Assembly: GCA_951406725.2 (NCBI GenBank)
Contig: OX597829.1
Coordinates: 21,948,001 to 22,012,000 of the forward strand
Source of the DNA: Octopus vulgaris
Lineage: Eukaryota
Length of the DNA stretch: 64,000 nt
Direction of reading: 5' to 3'
The notes under the pieces are model-generated. The model saw only the letters and a list, made by a program, of their open reading frames with translations. It was not told where the DNA came from and made no database searches. Positions 55,153-64,000 of the stretch are shown here, in pieces. The position numbers and the translations under genes were made by a program. Numbering within the stretch: position 1 is the first letter of the stretch; each line of letters opens with the position of its first letter.

Positions 55153-55215
55153 TATTATTTGAGGGAATATTAATCCTAACTTACAGGGAAAAATTCAATT
55201 TAGAAATACTAAATC
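54522..55215 (+). mobile_element. Penelope-like remnant with inverted repeats of about 160 bp and about 65 bp
   Basis: 54522-54682 is inverted at 54778-54937, and about 55050-55115 is inverted at 55147-55211 across (TA)n. A hammerhead lies at 54732. Confidence 0.65.
54732..54786 (+). ncRNA. Minimal hammerhead ribozyme (C3-G8 core)
   Basis: GUAUCA-CUGACGA-AGAG...CUCU-GAAA-UCGG-UC-CGAUAU. The triplet is GUC, with one mismatch at the base of stem I. Confidence 0.7.
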
Positions 55216-55721
55216 AAATTTCACACAATATAATATATATATATATAAAATTAGAAAGAACCAGTTTTTATCAATTCAAAATGAACAATTAAATTACACC
55301 ATCTAGAAAATTACATATAATAGAAATATTAAAATTAAAATAACAATAAAATACTAATGATTAAGTAAAATGCAAAAAAAATAATAAAAACGTACATAAT
55401 TGGTAGAATAAAAACACGGGTTTCGTGGCTATATTTAAGAAATGATTATAGTAAAAAAAGTAGCTTATCAAACCCATGCCAGTATGCAAAGAGGGATGTA
55501 AAATTACGACAATAATGATAATAAAATGATAATAAAATATGTGCATTATTGAAGTAACTATACATTACTACACATTTCACACATGCCCCATGCAGTCCTC
55601 TACCGTTCTTAGTCGTATGCCACCACACGTCATACACGACCACAAGACCTCTGTATAAACACAAACACACATCTTATAAAATCCTCTATACTCACTTTCA
55701 CATGCTAGATAATCGACACAA

Positions 55722-56013
55722 TTACTTTTTTCTCAGGTTTGCAGTGCTACCAGAATTCACGTTAGCAGACTGAGTGGAAATAGCACTGTGAGGCCTTGTA
55801 TTTGGAACTGGCTTTTTTGACTTCTCTTTCGTAGTTTTGCTCGTTACATTTTCCTTTGGTCGAGTAGCAGGGCCTTTAGCTGCTTGTTCTTTCGGTTTCC
55901 TTTCCGTACACTCAGTCCTGGGAGTTACTTCTCTGTTTTGAGAACACATTGCTTTTAACATTTTTGCCAATGCTACAGGATGCACGCCCATTTGAAGTAA
56001 ATCCCATAAAATT
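55722..56013 (-). CDS. MZT2: Mitotic-spindle organizing protein 2 (MOZART2)-like exon; upstream exon not found in the window
   Basis: taatttcag acceptor, phase 2. ILWDLLQMGVHPVALAKMLKAMCSQ aligns with MZT2 ILVDLLKLNVAPLAVFQMLKSMCAG and is followed by a basic disordered tail. Confidence 0.8.
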
Positions 56014-57047
56014 CTGAAATTAAATAAGAAACATTATATACAACTAACAAAAAAAAAAAATAATTAAGCTTGACATTATTTTGCAGATCTGGGACTAAGG
56101 GTTACTTTAACATATTTTTTTTTACATGTTATTTATTTATTTACAAACAAGCTTAAATGCTGCCCTAACAATGAGACTTTATGCATTGAATACATATTAG
56201 ATTTTACTAAACTTGAACAATATTTTTCAAGCAATGAACAATTTTCTCCAAAACAATGATATGATTTGACTTGCAACTTACTGCAAAGCTGCATGATAAA
56301 CAACAGTAGCACCACCATCGCCACCACATCTGCCATACACACACCATTCAGACTTCTGACACCACCACCACCATCAATACTTTTGACTTCACCACCCCAC
56401 CACCATCACCACTGTCTTTCACATCACTTGCTCTCACTGTCATCCCTGACTGCCTCAGCTAGCACCATCATCACCACTGCTTCCACTTCTACCACAGCTA
56501 CAGTTCATACTATAACTATCATCCCATTACCATCATAAAAAGGCTAAATGTGTGTGTAAAAGAATTGTGTTCAGTTTGTTCGCTCAGTATGTTAATTCAG
56601 TATGTTGGTTTCAGTGTTCAGACCCTCTCACATACCCACTCTCTCGCTTATTATTTCTCCCACTACCACCATCAACACTACCACTTTTAATAAAAATATC
56701 ATCAACTCTCCCTAAACTTCTTTGTCTCTCTTTCACTCCCTCTCTCTTTCTCTCTCTCTGTCTTTGCCACCACCCTCACTGTCTCTATGCCTACTATTAT
56801 TCTTACCCCAGCATGAGCAATAGTAGAAGTGTCAATGAATAGTGAGAGAGAAGGGTTGAAATGTGACACACTGACAAACAGAAATTAGTTTTCGCATTTG
56901 TTATATTAGATATTATAAGAATGGCTCTGTGTTTAAGAAGTTTGCTTTACAAGCACTTGGTTTCCATTTCAGTCCCAATGTAATACACCATATGCAAATG
57001 TCACATGACTAAGTAATGCCTTGGGAATAAATTTAGACATTGTACAA

Positions 57048-57079
<32 letters not shown>

Positions 57080-57082
<3 letters not shown>

Positions 57083-59180
57083 TGCTAAACAATTGAGATA
57101 TTATAGGGAGTAAAGTGTGTGTGGATGGATAATGGTGTGCTTGCACTTAATGATGTGGACAAGAAAGAGGTATAGAAAAGTTACTATGCAAGACTGTTGA
57201 ATGTAGAGAATGAATGGGATAAAGAGAGTCTCCCTCATATGAACCCAACAGAGGGACTAACTATCCTAGTGGACAGCAGTATGGTAGATAAGGCAATTAA
57301 AACCATGAAAATCAGGAAAACCCCTGGTCCATCTGGAATCATGACTGAGATGCTCAAAATATCTGCAAAGGTAATGTATGGGCTAGTCATCTGCATAGTT
57401 AATTAGGTTATTCAGGAAGATGTAATACCCAGTGACTGGTATAGCAGCCTAATTGTTAGCTGCTACAAGGGCAAGGGTGATGCTTTAGATAGAAACAATT
57501 ATAGAGGCATCAAACTCCTGAAGCAGGTGATGAAAATTACAAAGAGAGTTATAGCCCAATTAATTAGGAGCAGGATTAGGCTAGATGAAATGCAGTTTGG
57601 CTTCATCCAGAGAAGAAGCACTACTGATGCTATTTTCATGGTCAGACAACTGCAAGAGAAGTACTTAGCTAAGAATGAGCCAATATACTTGGCATTTGTT
57701 GATCTAGAGAAGACCTTTGATAGAGTGCCCCGCTGTATGATATGGTGGGCACTGAGGAGGTTAGAGATAGAAGAGTGGCTGGCGAAAGCTGTACAGGCCA
57801 TCTACAAAGACACTGTCAGTAAAGTGAGAGTTAACCACGAGTACAGCAAAGAATTTGGTTTACATGTAAGGGTTCATTAAGGCTCAGTCCTTAGTCCCCT
57901 CCCTTTCATCATTGTCCTCCAGGCCATAACAGAGGAATTCAAGGCTGGCAGCCCCTGAGAATTACTATATGCTGATGACCTTGCCCTCATAGCAGACTCC
58001 TTATCAGAGCTAGATGAGAAATTCCAGGTGTGGAAGCAAAACCTGGAATATAAAGGCCTTAAAGTTAACTTGGCAAATACTAAGGTCCTAGTAAGCAAGA
58101 AAACTGACAGGACTCTACTTCACTCAAGTAGGTGGCTCTGTTCAGTTTGTAGGAAAAGTATAGACAGAAACTCAATATGGTGTATCCAGTGTAAACTATG
58201 GACACACAAGAGGTGCAGCTGATCATTAGGAAAGTTGTCAAAGAAGATAGTTTTTGTATGTGGAAGATGCACAGGATCTATAAAAACTTTAGAAACTCAG
58301 GAGGTAGTAGATAATTTCTGCTTCCTAGGGGACCAAATTGATGCTGGGGAGGATGTACAGAGTGTGTGTGATAGCTAGAATAAGAATAGGATGGAGAAAA
58401 TTCAGAGAGCTGTTGCCTCTGTTGCCCACAAAAGGCTTCTGTCTCCGAGTGAAAGGAAGATTGTATGATGCATGTATACAGACAGTAATTCTACATGGTA
58501 ATGAGACAAGGGCCTTGAATGCAGAGAATATGCAAAAGTTAGAAAGGAATGAGGATAGTATGCTCAGCTGGATGTGGAATGTAAGTGTACATGTTCAACA
58601 GAGTATTAGTGTTTTGAGAGAGAAGTTAGGCATAAGAGAAATTAGTTGTTGTGGGCAAAAGAGGGGACTGTGTTGGTTTGGTTATGTGATGCGGATGGAC
58701 ATCCACAACTTCATAAAGAAGAGCCAATCTCTCAAAATAGATGGAACATGTGGAAGTGGGAGATCCAGGAAGACATGGGATGAAATGCTGAAGAGTGACC
58801 TAAGGACACTGAACCCTTAAGGTGAGATGACAAAGGACCAAGATGCCTGGCACCTTGCTGTACTCAAGAAGACCTGTATTCTGCAGCAGAAGTGTTAAGA
58901 TTGGTCCCTCTGGTGGTGTAAAGCACTTGTGACAGCACCATATAAAGCACCCATGCAGTGCCACATAAAAGCACCTATGCAGTGTCACATAAAAGTGCCC
59001 ATGAGGTGCCATACAAAAGCATCCAGCACACTCTATGAAGTGGTTGGTGTTAGGAAGAGCATCCAGCTGTAGAAACCATGCCAAGGCAGACTGGAGTCTC
59101 GTGTAGTTTCCCAGCTTGCAAGTTCTGGTCAAACTGTCCAACCCGTGCCAGCATGGACAACAGATATTAAGTGATGATGA
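57080..59180 (+). mobile_element. RTE-clade LINE, decayed
   Basis: KTPGPSGI, NYRGIKLL, QFGF...STTDAIF, AFVDLEKTFDRVP, LYADDL, a PHD-like insert, a 3' UTR and a GAT tail. Several stops. Confidence 0.92.
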
Positions 59181-59906
59181 TATATAAAAAAAATATATAT
59201 AAAAGCTATGTACATAAACATGCATATACATATGTGTGTGTATACACACACACATGCACACACATATACAATGGATTCGTTTCAGTTTCCATCTACCAAA
59301 TCCACTCACAAGGCTTTGATTGGCCCAAGTTTGTAATAGAAGACTTGCCCAAGGTTCCACGCAGTGGGACCGAACACAGAACCATTTGGTTGGGAAAGCA
59401 GTGATATTGTTGACCTTTTTCTCTCTCAATAAATTATCTGCTGGCTCACCACATTCAAAAGCACAAGGAATAAGAGATTATTTATTTGAAAATGTCGTAA
59501 AAGTTGGTAATAGGATATGCTTGAAAGATCAGATAGAATTCCGTGAGGTAGATTTTTTACAACCAGATGTGCTTCCTACCTCCAATCTCTTACTTGTTTC
59601 CAAGCAAGGTAATATTTTCCCAAGGTCAGACATCTTCTCATGGAAAAGTGGAAAAGGACTCTGCTTGTATGATGGTGGTGCTTGTTTACAACTATAGCAA
59701 GACAAGGACACAAACAAACACGTGTATGTATGTATGTATCTATGTGTAAATATAATGAACAATAACAAGTACAACACAGGACACAGATCATGTCATCTAG
59801 CCAGCTGGAGACGAAGGCTAAATTACAGCAACATTCATCCTAAACCAGGACTGGCAAAAATCTTTACTCTAGGAGGAACAAAAGCAAATATCTTAACGAT
59901 TTAATG

Positions 59907-60430
59907 CAGTGTTTCTCAACCATTTTTATCACTGGACCCCTTTGGTTACTATTTTATTCTGGTGGGTCTCATAGCCATTTAATGTTTAAAACCTAGTTTT
60001 ATAGATACTTCTTTCAAAATTTTTATTTTGTTTTTCACACATTATCTTGTGTAGGCTGAACTATGTAAGACTACAATAAATACCAATACATACATATAAA
60101 GCAAAGGTTCTCAACCATTTCTTTTATCTATGGACCCTTTTGATTACTAATTTATTCCGGTGGACCCCATAACCATTCAATGTTTAAAAACTAGTTTTAT
60201 AGAAATTTCTTTCAAAATTCCCATTCAACTTGTGTAGGTTGAACTATGTAAAAAGAAACCCAGCAGAAAGAAACCCAGCAGTTTTTTGTAATACATGCAT
60301 TTAAATCAAACTTTACATGGACACTTAAACTACTATTGTGGTTCTCCAAGTTGCTATTTTGCTAGTGTGGATCCGCATAAATCTCACATGGACTTCCATG
60401 GTGTCATACGGACCTAATAGGGAACCACTG
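59907..60430. mobile_element. hAT MITE, same family as 36701-37462 in the opposite orientation
   Basis: TIRs cagtgtttctcaacc / gggaaccactg, with 8-bp TSD atttaatg. Confidence 0.85.
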
Positions 60431-61039
60431 ATTTAATGGAAAGGCAAAGTATCTTAATATTAGGTCTTTATCAGAAGAAAGAGAAGGAAATGCAGAGGGA
60501 GTAAGAAATAGGAATGGTCAGTGTGAGAAAAGAAAAAGGAGGTGAAAGGTTAGAAACCAGGGCAGAATGTTGTTCCATGGGGGAAAAAAAAACCAAACAG
60601 GATAGACTCATACGGCTGGTTTTCCAGTTTCTGTGCTGTATATATTCCCCCACTGGATGGGGTGCCAATCCATCGCGGGGTTATTTGTTTTTGCCTGCTG
60701 AGTGGACAGGAGCAACGTGAAATAAAATGTTTTATTCAAGAAAATGCACCACCTGGACCAGGATTCGAAACCACATTTTTATGATCATAAGTCCAACACA
60801 TTAACCATTAAGCCATACACCTCCACAAGAGGGGAGAAGAGTTAAGATGGGGGAGAGGTGAGCATGAATAGTTGCATCTATGTCTGGAAGTGTGTATAAG
60901 GGAGAAACTGTGAGTGTGTGAATGTTTCAGCATGGTGTATGCACAGAAGTTTTGAGATTTTTTGGAAGAGGTAGTTACAACTGTCCTAGACTGTCGTAAT
61001 TTTAGTATATTATTAATATACATCTAATAAGCTGCCCTG

Positions 61040-62050
61040 CCAACTTTTGTTATTCCAGAGTAAAGGAGATGGCTGTAAAAGCACTTTGAACATACACTAC
61101 TAAACAGTGCTTAACACAGCTGACTAGTTTGCGGAATACTGTTGAGATGTCACGACAATTTGGAAGTTTACTAGGCAATAATATTTTGCATTTAACAGGG
61201 GAAAAACACTACAGAATCTTATGAAATGCTTCAAACTGCTTATGAATTAACTTGTATAATACAAGCATCTATTATTTCTTTTCTGCCCACAAGGGTCTAC
61301 ACACAGAGGGGACAAACAAGGACAGACAAACGGATTAAGTCGATTATATCACCGACAGTGCATAACTGGTACTTATTTAATCGACCCTGGCGGAATTTGA
61401 ACTCAGAACTTAGGAGCAAAGGAAATACCGCTAAGCATTTCGCCCGGTGTACTAACGTTTCTGCCAGCTCGCCACCTTACAAGCATCCATTTCTAACTGG
61501 CACAAGAAGCTTATGGTAGTCTCCTTTTTCAACTGTGTGGGTACCATCTACATTCACTGAGTTCTCTCTGGTCAGACAGTCAACAAAGAATTACTTTGTG
61601 GAGGTTTTGAGGAAGTTCAAGAAGAGGTTTCATTGCCAAAAGCCAGAATTCTTTCATGGTGCAGGTCAATGGCACCTGCACAATGCACCAATTCACAGTT
61701 CCATCCTGGTAACCAAACTACTTGACAGAGCATCAAAATTGGCCCACTCCCTCCCATCACTCCAGCCCTTGCTCTTTGTGACTTTTGGTTGTCCTCCATA
61801 CCGAAGGAGAACCTAAGGGGCAATTGCTTTGAAGACATTGAGAAGACAAAGGAAGTTGTGACAATGGCCCTGGAAACCTTCACTTTGGAGGACTTCAATG
61901 GAGCCCTTCCCAATGTAACTAGAGCACTACAACAAATGTATTGAAGTCAGAGGGTCCTATTTTGAAGGGGATTAGGGTTTTGTACTTCTTTGAAATTAAT
62001 AAATGTCTCTCCTGGAAAAAGTCTCAAAACTTCTGGAATGCACTTTATAC
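61040..62050 (+). mobile_element. Decayed mariner-like transposon interrupted by a family-A SINE (61270-61477)
   Basis: GKNTTESYEMLQTAY, YFVEVLRKF, WHLHNAPIH, ALCDF and YNKCIEVRGSYFEG remnants. SINE TSD tacaagcatc. Confidence 0.75.
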
Positions 62051-62239
62051 GTGTAGAAGTCTATATGTGTTGAAGTATAGTGGTGTATGGGATATTTGTG
62101 GGAGGTAAAAATCAAAACTGTGTCAATGAGGAGGTAAGAGTGAGTGCAAGTGTGAGGGGATGACACAAACAGGATGATATGTGAGATGATGTTGATAACA
62201 CAAACAGGATGGCATAAATAATGTGGAGAGTATGATAAA

Positions 62240-63100
62240 TATGTGTGTGTGTGGTGTGTATATATGTATGTGTGTGTATATGTGGATGTATGGTGTGTGT
62301 TTGTGTATGTGTGTGGTGGTGTGTGTTGTGTATATATGTGTATGTGTGTTGTGTATATATGTGTATGTGTGTTGTGTGTATATGTGTGTGGTGTGTGTAC
62401 ATGTGTAGGTGTCGTGTGTGTATACATGTGTGTTGTGTATACACGCATGTGTGTGTTGTGTGTATACATGTGTTGTGTGGTATGTGTATGTGTGTTGTGT
62501 AAATGTGTGTGTATATGTGTATGCATGTGGTATGTGTATATATGTATGTCTGTGGTGTGTGTATATATGTGTGTGGTGTGTGGTGTGTATATATATGTAT
62601 GTGTGTATGTGTATATGTTTATGTAGGTATTGTGTGTATATATGTATGTGGGTGTTGTGTGTATATATGTATGTGGGTGTTGTGTGTATATATGTATGTG
62701 GGTGTTGTGTGTATATATGTATGTGGGTGTTGTGTGTATATATGTATGTAGGTATTGTGTATATATATGTATGTGGGTGTTGTGTGTATATATGTATGTG
62801 GGTGTTGTGTGTATATATGTGGGTGTTGTGTGTATATATATGTATGTGGGTGTTGTGTGTATATATGCATGTGAGTGTTGTGTGTATATATGCATGTGGG
62901 TGTTGTATGTGTATATGCGTATGTGTATTATGTGTGTGTGTTATGTGTGTTGTGTGTGTGTGTGTGTGTGTATGTTGTGTGTTATGTGTGTATGTTATGT
63001 GTGTGTGTTATGTGTGTGTGTGTGTTGTGTGTGTGTGTTATGTGTGTGTGTGTTATGTGTGTTATGTGTGTGTGTTATGTGTGTTATTTGTGTGTGTGTC
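62240..63100. repeat. TG-rich micro/minisatellite with a 23-bp unit
   Basis: Recurrent tatatgtatgtgggtgttgtgtg. Confidence 0.9.
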
Positions 63101-63527
63101 TTAGTGGTCAGGGTATTTGGCTCATGATTGTAAGATCAAGAAGTTTGATTGCCTTGAGCAAGACACTTTACTCTCACTTTGCTGCAGTCCACTCAGCTGG
63201 CAAAAATGAGTTATACCTGTAATTCAAAGGGGCCAGCCTTGTCACATTCTGTGTCACATTGAATTTCTCTGAGAACTACGTTAAGGGTACACATGTCTGA
63301 GGAGTACTCAGCCACTTGCATGTTAATTTCATGAGCAGGCTGTTCCATTGATTGGATCAGCTGGAACACTCATCGTTGCAACCGGTGGAGTACCAATGTG
63401 TGTGTATGTGTGTGTGTGTGTGTGCAAATGCATACATGTGTCTATGTCCCTTTATTGCTCCCAGGACTTTTTCAGCAGCGTTCTTAATCTGGTTACTCTG
63501 CTAATTAGGTCACCTAAGTAACAGAAG

Positions 63528-63744
63528 GTATCCTTTTCTACTCTAGGCACAAGGCCTGAAATTTTGGGGGAGGTGGGGCAGTCGATTAGATCGACCCCAG
63601 TGCGTAACTGGTACTTTATTTATCGACCCCGAAAGGATGAAAGGTAAAGTCAACCTTGGCGGAATTTGAACTCAGAACATAAAGACAGACAAAATACCGC
63701 TAAGCATTTCACCCGGCATGCTAACGTTTCTGCCAGCTCGCTAC
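63528..63744 (-). mobile_element. SINE family A with alternative tail
   Basis: TSD cctaagtaacagaag on both sides. Confidence 0.85.
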
Positions 63745-64000
63745 CCTAAGTAACAGAAGATATCAACACCATCAACAGAGGCTTCTGAATATTGGAAAGA
63801 ATTTATTACTTCTACACATTTTATCTTCTAACACATTACATCTTTCTTTTCTGTTACCCCGCTTACAATTCCCATATAGCTATTGTACATCTGTGTGTAC
63901 GCACGTGTGTGTGTGTGTATGTGTGCATGCATGCATAGAAGGTAATTTTAGCAAAAGTTGAGCAACATTTGCATTTTACTTTTATTAAATAATACTCTGC

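Noticed and set aside
56014-64000. Upstream MZT2 exon
   Set aside because: No segment encoding the expected N-terminal helix with a phase-2 donor was found, so it probably lies beyond the window.

Overview
AT-rich, repeat-dominated eukaryotic DNA, most likely a cephalopod (Octopus-like); this is inferred from the SINE, RTE and microsatellite landscape. Nearly all long ORFs in the track are microsatellite artefacts. Two host genes are recognisable. The first is the 3' end of a receptor-type guanylyl cyclase on + (exons 719-813 and 7378-7458, with candidate extension exons at 22060-22107 and 22599-22638). The second is an MZT2 (MOZART2)-like exon on - (55722-56013), with weak candidate downstream exons. 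The rest is nested mobile DNA: two Tc1-like transposons (DD36E spacing in the copy that keeps the third catalytic residue), a mariner relic, RTE LINEs with a PHD finger inside the RT region, BovB-like, CR1-like and R4-like LINE fragments, several tRNA-derived SINE families, hAT/piggyBac/Tc1 MITEs, foldback elements and a probable solo LTR. The most striking signal is about 13 minimal type-I hammerhead ribozyme motifs from about 8 repeat families that look unrelated by eye. They include C3-G8, U3-A8 and G3-C8 core variants, a 204-bp TSD-flanked ribozyme insertion, and a tRNA-headed SINE with a hammerhead-like tail. Together these suggest a diverse Penelope/retrozyme-type non-autonomous retroelement system. 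All folds and alignments were read by eye, and repeat boundaries are approximate unless a TSD or TIR is quoted.
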